DNA of 64,000 nt from Myxococcales bacterium (GCA_037445065.1 JBBILD010000002.1:64001-128000); one strand, 5' to 3'; shown: positions 32,220-42,383, counted from the stretch's first letter. The notes: generated by a model not told the origin, from the letters alone. Numbers and translations: made by a program.

Positions 32220-32894
32220 TTAGGTGAGGTCCACTTCCGCCGGCGCCACAACCTCCGGGGAACTCCCGGGTAAGGGTTGCGGTAAATCGAGGCGGGTCAC
32301 CTTCCACCCTGGGTGACGCAAGATGCCCCGGTACGGCCCACCGCCCGTCACATTGCCAGCGAGTCGGATGCGGGTGGGATCGAATGGGGTCTCCACCGTA
32401 ACTTGCTCGCCTTCCTGACCAGCGAGAACCGGCTCTACCTGCAGGCGGCCTTCCAGAGCCTTCCGGCATCCCGCGTGAATGGCGCGGACGGCAGCGCCAA
32501 TTTGGGCATCGGAGTATGCCGAGAGGTCTTCAGCGAGAAAATCCAGCAGCCGTCCCTCGCGCTGGAGCAGGCCCAAGAGCACAAGTGCCGAGTGCTCCGC
32601 CGCTTGTGGAGAGGCGGGCACCGGTTTCGCCGGCGCAGTTTCGGGCGCAGGGAGCTTTCCGTTCTCCGCCGTGCGTCGCACAAGCAGGGTTACAAAGAGC
32701 GCCATCGCCAACGGAGCGAGCGCGAAGTACAGGAGGCACAAAGGGCAACGTTGCAGTAGGTCTGTGTCCACAACCGGGGCACCCACACCCTGTGTGCCGA
32801 GAACGAACACGGTCAAGTTCGCTCCCGCGAACGCCAGTGCGGTGAGCCAAAGGAGGATGTGGGTCGTGGCGCGGCCTGCTTGTGCACGTTGCAT
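32220..32894 (-). CDS. DUF2760-like membrane protein (2 TM plus GrpE-like C-terminal domain)
   Basis: Two hydrophobic segments, then LLGLLQREGRLLDFL..DAQIGAAVR..FDP..LRHPGW..APAEV. Confidence 0.82.
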   Translation of the reverse strand: MQRAQAGRATTHILLWLTALAFAGANLTVFVLGTQGVGAPVVDTDLLQRCPLCLLYFALAPLAMALFVTLLVRRTAENGKLPAPETAPAKPVPASPQAAEHSALVLLGLLQREGRLLDFLAEDLSAYSDAQIGAAVRAIHAGCRKALEGRLQVEPVLAGQEGEQVTVETPFDPTRIRLAGNVTGGGPYRGILRHPGWKVTRLDLPQPLPGSSPEVVAPAEVDLT

Positions 32895-33010
32895 CTGCTG
32901 TTTCCTGGATCGCTTGAAGCGCAAGCGTATAGCGATCGAACGAGCAGCGGGACAAGGCGATCCGCCGTTGAAGACTGCGACTTTGGCCCGCAGCGAAACG
33001 GCTGCCGAGG

Positions 33011-33442
33011 TCAGGAGGGCTGTTCAGGCTCCACCGGAGCCCGCAAACGTTTGATTTCGCCGCGTGCTCGCTTCGCAGCCAGGATTTTCTCCTTGGCGCG
33101 ACGCGAACGTCGGCGCTTTTGGCGGCGAATGCGGGCGATCCGCTGCATCGCCTCGCTTTCCTCGCCGCGCTGCTGCCGCTCGAGTTTCTCGCACAAGAGC
33201 TGGCGCGCGCGGTAACGGTTCAACGCTTGAGACCGCTCCTGTTCACAGCGCACCTGCATGCCGCTCGGCTTGTGAACGAGCAGCACCGCCGTGGATGCTT
33301 TGTTTACGTGCTGCCCTCCCTTTCCGCGCGCCCGGACGAAACTCTCCTCTAAATCCTCTTCTCGAATCCCGAGGCGTTGCATCCGCTCGATGAGCGCCTG
33401 TTGCTTGGCAGGCGAAACGGGGAACATCACCGAGTCGGTCAT
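33011..33442 (-). CDS. Stand-alone GGQ peptidyl-tRNA hydrolase (ArfB/C12orf65-like ribosome rescue factor)
   Basis: FVRARGKGGQHVNK, RSQALNR, Arg/Lys-rich C-terminal tail; no codon-recognition domains. Confidence 0.88.
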   Translation of the reverse strand: MTDSVMFPVSPAKQQALIERMQRLGIREEDLEESFVRARGKGGQHVNKASTAVLLVHKPSGMQVRCEQERSQALNRYRARQLLCEKLERQQRGEESEAMQRIARIRRQKRRRSRRAKEKILAAKRARGEIKRLRAPVEPEQPS

Positions 33443-33492
33443 GGTCGCTTTCTCAACGAGTTCCGAAAGCGTCGCCTGAACTGGCTCGATCG

Positions 33493-34302
33493 CTACGACA
33501 CTCCCGTTTCGGAACCGGCCGCAGCCGGTTCGGCTTTCGACGGCTGCTCCGAGCGGCGCCGTTCTGCCTCGAGAAAAGGAGTGAGCAAATCAATCGGTAG
33601 CGGAAAGAGAGTGGTGGAATTGTTCTCGGCCGCCATCTCGGTGAGGGTTTGGAGAAACCGTAACTGCAACGCGATCGGGTGCGCACCGATCATTGCCGAA
33701 GCTTCGGCCAGTTTTTGCGCCGCCTGAAATTCCCCTTCGGCGTTGATGATCTTCGCCCGCCGTTCACGCTCGGCCTCGGCTTGCCGCGCCATCGCTCGCT
33801 GCATCTCTTGCGGGAGATCAATGTGTTTGACTTCGACGGTGCTTACCTTGATCCCCCACGGATCCGTTTGCGCATCCAAAATTTCCTGCAACTTAGTATT
33901 GATTTTCTCTCGCTCGGCGAGGAGCTCATCCAGCTCGGCCTGACCGCACACGCTGCGCAAGGTCGTTTGCGCCAACTGCGAGGTCGCGTACAAGTAGTCC
34001 ACCACTTCCACAACCGCACGATTGGGGTTGATCACGCGGAAATACAGGACGGCACTTACTTTCACCGATACGTTGTCGCGCGTAATCACATCTTGCGGCG
34101 GCACCTCGAGCGTGATGGTGCGCATGTCTACACGCTGCATCCGTTCGATAACAGGGATCACATAGATGATGCCGGGCCCGCGGGCGCCCACGAGCCGCCC
34201 CAATCGGAAGATGACGCCGCGCTCGAATTCTTTGAGCACTTTCACCCCGCTGACGAGCAAGGCGACCCCGATCAAGATGACTACCGTTGCTGACTCGAAC
34301 AT
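33493..34302 (-). CDS. Slipin (stomatin/SPFH) protein
   Basis: [50 protein letters not shown]. Confidence 0.95.
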   Translation of the reverse strand: MFESATVVILIGVALLVSGVKVLKEFERGVIFRLGRLVGARGPGIIYVIPVIERMQRVDMRTITLEVPPQDVITRDNVSVKVSAVLYFRVINPNRAVVEVVDYLYATSQLAQTTLRSVCGQAELDELLAEREKINTKLQEILDAQTDPWGIKVSTVEVKHIDLPQEMQRAMARQAEAERERRAKIINAEGEFQAAQKLAEASAMIGAHPIALQLRFLQTLTEMAAENNSTTLFPLPIDLLTPFLEAERRRSEQPSKAEPAAAGSETGVS

Positions 34303-34312
34303 CGTGTCCTCC

Positions 34313-35698
34313 TCAGGAGGGCTCCTGCTTGGCCGCCCGCACGCGCAAGCGCAAACCCTCCACCTTCACCACTTCGACGGGTGTCCCTTCGGAGAGCGGC
34401 TCGTCCGCCACCGCGTTCCAATATTCACCATGCACGAACACCCTCCCGATTTTCCCTGGAACAATGGCCTGCCGAACTTCGCCCCGTTCGCCCACCAAGC
34501 CTTCGCTGCCTAACGCGGCGCGGCGGCGCTGACTGCGGGCGACGAGAACACCCACCACGAAGCTAAAAACCCCAAACGTACCAGCGGCTGCGAACACGAT
34601 CTTAGGATCGAGCACAAGGTCGGACTGGCTCGAATCGAACAGGAACAGGGAGCCCAGCACGAAGGAAATGATACCGCCGATTCCCAGAGTTCCGAAACTC
34701 GGCAAGAACAATTCGGCGATCAGCAGCGCCAACCCCAGGGCAATCAGTGCCAAGCCGCTATAGTTGATGGGCAGAACTTGCAGTGCGGCAAAGCCGAGGA
34801 GCAAGCAAATCGCACCCGCCACACCGGGGAAGAACAAGCCCGGGTGCGTGAATTCCACGTAAAGTCCCAGCAGCCCAGCCATCATCAGCAAGTAGGCGAC
34901 GTTGGGGTTGGCGAGTACGTTGAGAAACTTTTGTTTGAGTCGCATCTCCCGCTCCACCACGGTCGCACCCCCGAGGTCGAGCTTCACAGCGCGCTGCTGA
35001 ACCCGCACTTCTCGCCCGTGCACCTGGCGGAGCAGATCCTCTCGGCTATTCGCGATCAAGTCGATCACATTGAGGGCGAGTGCTTCTTGTTCCGTGATGG
35101 ACACGCTTTCCCGCACCGCCTTCTCAGCCCACTCGACGTTTCGCCCGCGCTCTTGCGCGATTGCTTTGCTCATCGAGGCCACAAAGTTTTCCACTTTGGC
35201 GCGCATGTCCTCGCCAAGATCCTGGCCGCCTCCTGCCACCGGATGAGCTGCTCCGATGTTCGTTCCCGGCGCCATGGCCGCGATGTTGGCTGCCATGGTG
35301 ACAAACACGCCCGCGGATGCTGCTCCAGCTCCGCTCGGGGCCACGTAGACGATCACTGGCAACGGCGAACCGAGCAGCTCTTTGACGATGTCTTTGGTCG
35401 AGTCCAGCAGCCCCCCGGGTGTGTCCAACTCGATCACCAACGCCGCCGCGCTCGCCGCATGCGCCTCGTGGATGGATTCACGGATGAAGTCCGCGCTCGC
35501 CGGGTTGATGCTGCCGTTGACCGTGATCCAGTGCACCGCACGCTGCGCAGGCGGGGCCCCTTCCGTTGGCGCGGAAGAAACGGGAGAGCGCTCCTCCTTG
35601 GGTGCCCCCAGAAGCGGGCCCGAGAGGACGCAAAACAAAAGGAGCGGCCAGCAGTAGCGGTGCCAAACAGGGAGCTTTGTGCAGGCCCTGGATTTCAC
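34313..35698 (-). CDS. nfeD: NfeD long-form membrane-bound serine protease
   Basis: [31 protein letters not shown] bundle, C-terminal OB fold (VHGEYWNA). GTG 35698 overlaps the UDG stop. Confidence 0.93.
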   Translation of the reverse strand: MKSRACTKLPVWHRYCWPLLLFCVLSGPLLGAPKEERSPVSSAPTEGAPPAQRAVHWITVNGSINPASADFIRESIHEAHAASAAALVIELDTPGGLLDSTKDIVKELLGSPLPVIVYVAPSGAGAASAGVFVTMAANIAAMAPGTNIGAAHPVAGGGQDLGEDMRAKVENFVASMSKAIAQERGRNVEWAEKAVRESVSITEQEALALNVIDLIANSREDLLRQVHGREVRVQQRAVKLDLGGATVVEREMRLKQKFLNVLANPNVAYLLMMAGLLGLYVEFTHPGLFFPGVAGAICLLLGFAALQVLPINYSGLALIALGLALLIAELFLPSFGTLGIGGIISFVLGSLFLFDSSQSDLVLDPKIVFAAAGTFGVFSFVVGVLVARSQRRRAALGSEGLVGERGEVRQAIVPGKIGRVFVHGEYWNAVADEPLSEGTPVEVVKVEGLRLRVRAAKQEPS

Positions 35699-36477
35699 GC
35701 AGGCTTCTCCAATGCGCTTATCACGAGCTTGATGTCTTCCCACACCAAGCGCTTGTCCGCTGGGTTTCGCAGTAGGTAGGCGGGATGCAAGGTAGGCATC
35801 AACGGAATCCCTCGGTACAAATGCCAGTGGCCGCGCAACTTGGTGATCGGAGTATTGACGCCGAGAAGCGCTTGCGCAGCGACCTTACCGAGCGCCACCA
35901 GGACACGCGGCCGCACCAGTTCGATCTGGCGCTCCAGGAATGGCAGACAAGCCTGGATCTCATCCGGTTCGGGGTTGCGGTTGTCGGGTGGTCTGCATTT
36001 CACCACATTGGCGATGTAGGCATCTTCCCGGCGGAGCTTCATCCCCCGCGTGATAATGTCAGTGAGGAGTTGACCAGCGCGGCCTACAAACGGCTCACCC
36101 TGCAAGTCCTCGTCGCGTCCTGGGCCCTCACCGACGAACATCAGCTCGGCCTTCGGGTTGCCGACGCCAAACACAATTTGCGTACGACTCGTGCAGAGCT
36201 TGCAGCGCTGGCAATCGCCGAGGACGGCACGGACCGCTTCGAGGGTGTTGGCTGTGCGCAACTCGGAAGGGGTGAACAGGTTCAGGGCTGTCTCCACGGT
36301 TGAAGCGGTCGGACTCGCCGCCGGACTGGAGCGTGGCGGTGAGGGCGTTGCCTCGGGCACCGCCAAGATGTGCGTACCCTGTTCCAGGGCGTTCTCGACG
36401 TGCTCGCGCACAATGCGAACGGCGCGCAAGAGTGTTTCTTGTTCGGGCGAGCGGCGCGAGTTACCCTGCGGCGGCAT
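35695..36477 (-). CDS. Uracil-DNA glycosylase family 4 (Fe-S)
   Basis: [42 protein letters not shown]. Start uncertain. Confidence 0.93.
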   Translation of the reverse strand: MPPQGNSRRSPEQETLLRAVRIVREHVENALEQGTHILAVPEATPSPPRSSPAASPTASTVETALNLFTPSELRTANTLEAVRAVLGDCQRCKLCTSRTQIVFGVGNPKAELMFVGEGPGRDEDLQGEPFVGRAGQLLTDIITRGMKLRREDAYIANVVKCRPPDNRNPEPDEIQACLPFLERQIELVRPRVLVALGKVAAQALLGVNTPITKLRGHWHLYRGIPLMPTLHPAYLLRNPADKRLVWEDIKLVISALEKPA

Positions 36478-37405
36478 GCAAATCCTACTTGTGCTGACGC
36501 TCCTTTTGTCGCTCCCCGCTCGCTGCTGGGCTTGGGGCCCGATCACCCACCTGGCCCATGGCGCAGAAGTGTTGGCGCACCTTACCATCCTCGGCGCAAG
36601 CCTTCAACGATTGCTCCGCCGCCACAGGCTGGCGTACTTGTATGGCTGCGTCGGGGCGGACATCACGCAAGCAAAAAAGTACACTCGCTCGGAGCAAGCC
36701 CACTGTCACTCGTGGCTGGTGGGTTGGCGGGTGTTGGAAGAAGCAAGGACAGATGAGGAGCGTGCTTTCGCGTACGGGTATCTGACCCATCTTGCCAGCG
36801 ACGTGTTTTCTCACAACCACTACGTGCCGATCCAGTTGGTGGTGAGCTACCGCTCCTTCGCCTTTCGCCACGTGTATTGGGAGGCGCGGTTTGACACGAT
36901 GCAGGAAGAACGCGTCCGTACCCTGGTGCGGGAACTCCGCCAGCAGGACTTCGCGAGGTGCGACGATCTCGTGCGCCGTGCAGTGGATCGCACCTTGTTC
37001 TCGTTTGACACCGACAAGCGTATCTTCAACACGTTCATTGCGATTCATGATTTCGAACAGTGGTATCGAGTTCTGCACCGCTTGACGCGCAATTCTCGCT
37101 ACGTACTGCAGCAGGACTGGGTACGCCGCTACAACCAAGTGTGCGTGACGAGCACCCTCGAGATGCTGCAACGGGGGACGAAGGCAAGCAATCAGCGCGC
37201 AGATCCTACGGGTTTGGTCGCGCTGCACACGGCGAATCGCGCTCGTCGCCTGCTGCGCGAAATCTCCCGAACGGGGCCCTTACCGCCCCGGATGGAAGCT
37301 GCCCTCCGAGCGTTGGAGAGCCGCCGCGACCTGGAAGAAGCTCTCTCGCAAGCCTTCCCTCGGGCAGGGCGCTTAGCGGTTTCCGCCGTGAGCACGAGCG
37401 CTTGA
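36476..37405 (+). CDS. Zinc-dependent phospholipase C / S1-P1-like family protein, secreted
   Basis: Signal peptide followed by mature W-G-x-x-[26 protein letters not shown] Zn-ligand motifs. Confidence 0.85.
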   Translation: MQILLVLTLLLSLPARCWAWGPITHLAHGAEVLAHLTILGASLQRLLRRHRLAYLYGCVGADITQAKKYTRSEQAHCHSWLVGWRVLEEARTDEERAFAYGYLTHLASDVFSHNHYVPIQLVVSYRSFAFRHVYWEARFDTMQEERVRTLVRELRQQDFARCDDLVRRAVDRTLFSFDTDKRIFNTFIAIHDFEQWYRVLHRLTRNSRYVLQQDWVRRYNQVCVTSTLEMLQRGTKASNQRADPTGLVALHTANRARRLLREISRTGPLPPRMEAALRALESRRDLEEALSQAFPRAGRLAVSAVSTSA

Positions 37406-37543
37406 CCAGTGCTGGTCGCGGGCGCTGGAAATGGGAGCAGGGTCAACAGGCCCCACCACTCGCAGCTCCTGAGGCCAATGCCGCGCACGACCCGAGATCA
37501 TGTGTGATTCCATGCACCCGAGCAGGAGAGCTCGCACAGAGCA

Positions 37544-40500
37544 TCACGGGGCTCCCCGTCTCAGGGGCCGGCCTCGAGAGGGCTGGAGAAAACGGCGGAT
37601 GGCGTAGAGAACCAGACCGGCGGCGATCCAAGCGGTGCCATTGGCCTGGGGCTGGGTCTGGCAACCGCCGTCCGAGGCCGTGTCCGGTTCCGGAGCGGTG
37701 GGCGTGGCGTTGGCGCGCTGCGTCGGAGATGGCGTGCTTGTCGGAGAAATGCTCGGAGTTGGGGTCGCACTCGGTGCAACCTGGGTGGGCGTTGGGGATG
37801 CAGTGGGAGTTGCCGGTTCAGTTGGGCTCGGTGATGGAAGATCCGTTGGGGAGGGTGTCGGCGTTTGGGTCGGGGTGACGGTCGGTTCGGGTTCTTCGGG
37901 CACGATCGGCCCCGCTGAAACGATGCGGGAAGCGTTCCCGGCATCGTCGCGGGTACGGAGCGCGACGTAAACCGGATCACGGCCAGCGTGTCCGCTCGTG
38001 AAGCGCAGGTCCAGAACGAGACCGCGACCAGCCGCGGGCACAGGCGCGGCCAGAATCAGTGGTTCGGCCGCTGCGAACGCGTCCTCGCTAGCGATGGGCT
38101 GGGAGGAAATGCGTGCGTCGAGAAGTGCAGGGGGGCCGCAAAACTGGTCGTCCGCTGGTAAGCCGCTCGCGCGCCACACAGCGCTGCCGTCGGTATACAC
38201 CCGCCAGTGGCCACGGGGGGGAGCTGGGGGGCGGGCGTCGGTGTGGTAGTTCCCGGTACTCCACTCGTCGTGGTGGTACTGCCGCCAGGGAATGTACCCG
38301 CATGAGTCCGCTGGGGTTTCGAAGATAAACAAGTTGCCCTCGCGGGTGACCGCGGCCACCTCGAGTCGGCCGTCCCCATCGAGGTCGCCCACCGCGGGGC
38401 TTCCCACACTCCACCCGCCGGTAAACTTGGGCCAACCCGCGGCCTCGCGGCCAAACGCATCTACGGCGTGGAGGTCGTACACACCGGAGCCAGAGATCGC
38501 TTCCGTTATGCCGTCCCCAGTGATGTCTGCCACGATGGGGGCGGTAAGAAACTGTAGGTCGTTCACCACATGGGGAAACCCGGGGCGAAACGGGGCGAGC
38601 GTGGGGCTGCCGTCAGGGTGGGCGATGTCCCATGCGCCGAGCTGATTTTCCGCTGGGAACTGGCGAGCGGGCAGATTGGCGTCGAGGAGTTTGCCCAGCC
38701 CAGCCACGGGCGCAAGCAACTGGAAGCCCTGCCCTGGCCCGAGCATCTCTGCCAACACGGGCCCTCCAAGTGCCGGAAAGGCGGGCGCGTCAATCGAGTC
38801 ACTACCGGGGCCGAACACATCCGCCTGCGCCGTCCGCGGCGTGCTGCCGCTGGCGTTTCCGAGAAACGAGCTGCCGTCACCGCGTAAGACGTAGGCCGGC
38901 CCGAGCATCGAAAAGGTGGCGACTTCGAGCGCGCCGTCACCGTCGAGATCCGCCAGAGCGGGCGAACCGTTCGTGCCTGTACCAACAACGGGCAGTAATT
39001 CGGTAGTCAGCATGGCAATTCGTACCGGCCATCCGGGAAGGAACGCTTCGGGGTTCCAGCCGAACGGCTGGGGGTTGGTACCGCGCGACGTTCCCGCTGC
39101 GTGAATCGCGTACAGGCGGGTATTACCAGAATCGAGGGCACCCCCGAGCTGCAGAAAATTGATCACCACGTTGGTGACCACTGCGTTTGGCCTTTCCTTG
39201 TATGCCTCGTTGACTGCGGCAATCACCTCCGCTTCCCCGTCGCCATCAATGTCGCCGATTGAGGGCGGTACGATGATCTTGGTCCCCATCCGGGGGTTGG
39301 CGTTTGGACGCAAGGATACGACGTTGGTCACCGGGTCCACGGCGTCCACCTTGCTCGGATCCTTGAGCAAGACGGGCCAGCCCGGCAGCGGCGTGCCATC
39401 GGCGTACCAAGCGTAGACGTGGCGGTCGGCGGCTCCGGCGACAATTTCCAGGGAACCGTCGGGAGACCGATCCAAATTGAACAGCACGGGCCCAGCTCCA
39501 AAGCCCCGGGCTAGGCGGTTGTGCCGGTCCAAACGGTGATGGCGGTCTGGAACGAGGTCTTCCTGCCTCCCGCGGTTTCGCTCGCTGCGCAGCGGGAAAG
39601 AGTACTCGGGCCGCGTTCGTACCGGGAATCCGGGGCGGAGTTCACCTTGAGCACTCCACACATAGAGTTTGCCATACAAATCAGTGGCCACTACTTCCGG
39701 GGAACCGTCGCGATCAAGATCACCGACCGCGGGCGTGCCTAGGATGGGCGTGGACGGTACGCGCACCCGTGCGCTGCGGAAGGCAGGCGAGTCCGCGTGA
39801 ATTTCCATCGGGTCCGTCGAAACCGGCCACCCCGGCAGCTCCGCGAGTGCCTTGCCCTGAAAGGCGTGCACAGTGCCGTTCGAGGTTGCCACGATCAGCT
39901 CGTCGGTTCCGTCGCCGTCCAGATCCGCAAACACAGGGGAAGAGGCGCCGTCAGCGGCCAGAAAATGCGGCTCACCCCCAACGAGATCGGGATCGCGGTG
40001 CAGGAAGAAGGCACGCCGGTCTTCACCAACCAAGCCCTGTGCATCGCGCACGCGCAGGCGCACCGTAACCGTAAACCGATCAGGGTCTGGTTTGCCGAGC
40101 GTGTCTACCGCTGGGCCTTCGGTGCCGTGCGGCATGCGCCTCGCCAGGGTTTGCAAATCGATTTCGCCCAAAATGCCGGAAAAAGGAACGGATCGCTCCT
40201 CACTGCGCGCGATGGTTTCGAACTCGTCCTCGCGCGGTTGTACCCCCGGCGCCACGGCTAGCTCGTAGGTGAAGCTCGAAGAACGGTTCGCAGCGGCTCG
40301 GCCGTGCACGGGGAGTGTTCCCCTCCCAGGGTCAACAAGGGCAAACCAAGCTGGCGTCTGAATCTCTGCTTCTGGAGGGATGCGCCCCTTACGTACCCAT
40401 TCGACCGCGCGGCGCGCGTTGATGCGCCCGTAGCCAAAAAACTGGTCAAAACCCCTGATCGAGGGGTAACGCTCGCTTTGCACGTGCGGAAAGGCTGCTT

Positions 40501-41872
40501 GGACTTGATAGTTTTGAGGTAAGCCCAACTCTGGCCGGGCATCGAAGTCCACGTCGTCCGCGCTCGCGATCAGGAGTTGTTTTACCTCTTCAGCCGAGAG
40601 GGGAAACGGAGCGAAGCGGCCGTCGCCCAAGGGATACCGTGTGAGCCGACCGCGGTCGATCTCATTCAGCGCAGCGGAGTAGACCAGGCCAGCGATTCCA
40701 GAGGAAAGGCCGGTGGCCTCGCTGGAACAAGCACTGGAAGGCACGCTGAGAGTGATCTTGGGCCCGTAGTTGGTGCAACCGTTTAAATAAAGGTAGGAGC
40801 GGGGCTCCATGGTAATGTTTGCGATCGACGCGAATCGGGTCACTGAGTTTGCTACGACCGTTCGCGCGTAGGCAGCGGGGTAGTTGTGGTGATTCGATTC
40901 CTCGTCCGCTGCGGAAGCGATCACGACCACGCCGAGCTGGTACGCGTAGTCAATCGCCTCCTGGGCAAAGGCAGAGTGATTGAGCGTACCTAAAGCCTCT
41001 TGGATCACCAGCGCGCCGCTGTCGACTGCGAACAGGACCCCGCGCGCGAACGCGTTTACATCGCCAATAAAACTGTCCGCTAAGCGCACCATCAGGACGA
41101 GACAATTGGGACAGGTCCCCACGTTGCCACCATTGTCGGCCTCCGCCGTCGAGTCATGCGCTTCGCCGGTTCCGTGGCCATACTCCACCTCGTCGAGTGG
41201 ATCGTTGTCGTCCTCAAAGAAATCCCAGCCAGAGATATCATCCACAAAGCCGTTGCCGTCGCCGTCCACCCCATCGGAGAAAAGGAAAATCAAGTCTTCG
41301 GGGTCCAAAATGCCGTTGCCATTTGCGTCGGAAACGCGCGAGTCGCGAGAGAACGCACCGCTCGCTTCGTAATCGGCGACGTTGAAAACTCCGTCTCGGT
41401 TGCGGTCCCACGGATCATTGGCATTTGTGCTCTGCTCGGGAACCGGGAGTTCTCCCCGATTCAGGTAAAACTTGCGCACCAGGTCCGGCAGTTGGTGTTG
41501 CCACTCGATACCGGAGTCCAGTACTGCAATGACCACATCCGGACGGCCCGTGGTGATTTGCCAAGCAAGGTCCACACTGGCCCCGGTCACCCCGAAGAGT
41601 TCCTGTGGGTTGGAGTCCACGGCCGGGTTTCCAGAAGGCTCGCTCGTAAGTTTCCAGCGGTTGCCGCCCGAGAAGTCGTTTGGCAGTTCCGGCGGCAGGG
41701 TATCTGGCAGGAATAAATAAGACGCGAAGTCAGTGGCCGCGATGCAACTGCTGGCGGGCGGTTTGGGCGGGCAGGGCTGTGGATTCGCTGGATACGGAAA
41801 CGCGGCGACCAACTCGCTCGCACTACTGAGCGACGCAAGGGCAAAAGCAGCAACCCATCGGTGTAGCGTCAT
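37544..41872 (-). CDS. Large secreted S8-like peptidase with FG-GAP/VCBS repeats, Pro/Thr linker and C-terminal membrane anchor
   Basis: GGGAGG SD then signal peptide; IAVLDSG, HGT, CSSEATG; repeated GDLDGDG..E motifs; (PT/PS)n; SDGGC-TM-RR tail. Confidence 0.85.
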   Translation of the reverse strand: MTLHRWVAAFALASLSSASELVAAFPYPANPQPCPPKPPASSCIAATDFASYLFLPDTLPPELPNDFSGGNRWKLTSEPSGNPAVDSNPQELFGVTGASVDLAWQITTGRPDVVIAVLDSGIEWQHQLPDLVRKFYLNRGELPVPEQSTNANDPWDRNRDGVFNVADYEASGAFSRDSRVSDANGNGILDPEDLIFLFSDGVDGDGNGFVDDISGWDFFEDDNDPLDEVEYGHGTGEAHDSTAEADNGGNVGTCPNCLVLMVRLADSFIGDVNAFARGVLFAVDSGALVIQEALGTLNHSAFAQEAIDYAYQLGVVVIASAADEESNHHNYPAAYARTVVANSVTRFASIANITMEPRSYLYLNGCTNYGPKITLSVPSSACSSEATGLSSGIAGLVYSAALNEIDRGRLTRYPLGDGRFAPFPLSAEEVKQLLIASADDVDFDARPELGLPQNYQVQAAFPHVQSERYPSIRGFDQFFGYGRINARRAVEWVRKGRIPPEAEIQTPAWFALVDPGRGTLPVHGRAAANRSSSFTYELAVAPGVQPREDEFETIARSEERSVPFSGILGEIDLQTLARRMPHGTEGPAVDTLGKPDPDRFTVTVRLRVRDAQGLVGEDRRAFFLHRDPDLVGGEPHFLAADGASSPVFADLDGDGTDELIVATSNGTVHAFQGKALAELPGWPVSTDPMEIHADSPAFRSARVRVPSTPILGTPAVGDLDRDGSPEVVATDLYGKLYVWSAQGELRPGFPVRTRPEYSFPLRSERNRGRQEDLVPDRHHRLDRHNRLARGFGAGPVLFNLDRSPDGSLEIVAGAADRHVYAWYADGTPLPGWPVLLKDPSKVDAVDPVTNVVSLRPNANPRMGTKIIVPPSIGDIDGDGEAEVIAAVNEAYKERPNAVVTNVVINFLQLGGALDSGNTRLYAIHAAGTSRGTNPQPFGWNPEAFLPGWPVRIAMLTTELLPVVGTGTNGSPALADLDGDGALEVATFSMLGPAYVLRGDGSSFLGNASGSTPRTAQADVFGPGSDSIDAPAFPALGGPVLAEMLGPGQGFQLLAPVAGLGKLLDANLPARQFPAENQLGAWDIAHPDGSPTLAPFRPGFPHVVNDLQFLTAPIVADITGDGITEAISGSGVYDLHAVDAFGREAAGWPKFTGGWSVGSPAVGDLDGDGRLEVAAVTREGNLFIFETPADSCGYIPWRQYHHDEWSTGNYHTDARPPAPPRGHWRVYTDGSAVWRASGLPADDQFCGPPALLDARISSQPIASEDAFAAAEPLILAAPVPAAGRGLVLDLRFTSGHAGRDPVYVALRTRDDAGNASRIVSAGPIVPEEPEPTVTPTQTPTPSPTDLPSPSPTEPATPTASPTPTQVAPSATPTPSISPTSTPSPTQRANATPTAPEPDTASDGGCQTQPQANGTAWIAAGLVLYAIRRFLQPSRGRPLRRGAP
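37680..37895 (-). repeat. Low-complexity Pro/Thr/Ser linker within the S8 gene
   Basis: EPEPTVTPTQTPTPSPTDLPSPSPTEPATPTASPTPT...; degenerate at the DNA level. Confidence 0.8.
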
Positions 41873-42383
41873 TAGTCCTCCCGAGCGGTAATCGCCGCCT
41901 ACTACTCCCTTGCGGGTGTTGGGACAAGGATCCGGTGGGCAAGCCGCCGTTCCGGCGTAATCATCGGTAAAGACGCAGTAGGTAGGGCAGGACGATGGCT
42001 CGATGCCGGCGCTGGAAGGGAGGGTGGCCGCAGCGGACATGTGCGGCGTGCGGGCGACGTTTTCGTAGGGCTCTCGGTCTTCAGGCGAACGAGCAACGAG
42101 TTTGGTCGGCCGCAGGTTGGCGTGTCGCTACGGAGGATCCCGCTCCTGTTTTTGACCGGACTCAGGCTCTTTCCCCGCGAGCCGATGGCATGAGGAATTC
42201 CCTGCGCGGGCACGAAGAGGTCAGGAATTCCGCTGAGATAGCCGTAGAAACGAGGCGGAAGGGTCTAGGTGGTGGTGCTTCTTGAGTCTCCGCCGGGCTC
42301 GACCGAGTGCTCGCGGAAGCGTGGGCGGATCTACCGTTTCGCGGGTGGTTGCGGTTATGATGACTCAGTCTGGAGGGCAGACG

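Noticed and set aside
37680..37895. Repetitive DNA as a possible CRISPR or VNTR
   Set aside because: The repeat exists only at protein level (Pro/Thr linker); there are no identical DNA repeats with spacers.
41873..42040. Cys/Pro-rich N-terminal extension of the S8 ORF in the track
   Set aside because: A strong SD and signal peptide begin at ATG 41872, so the extension is probably untranslated.
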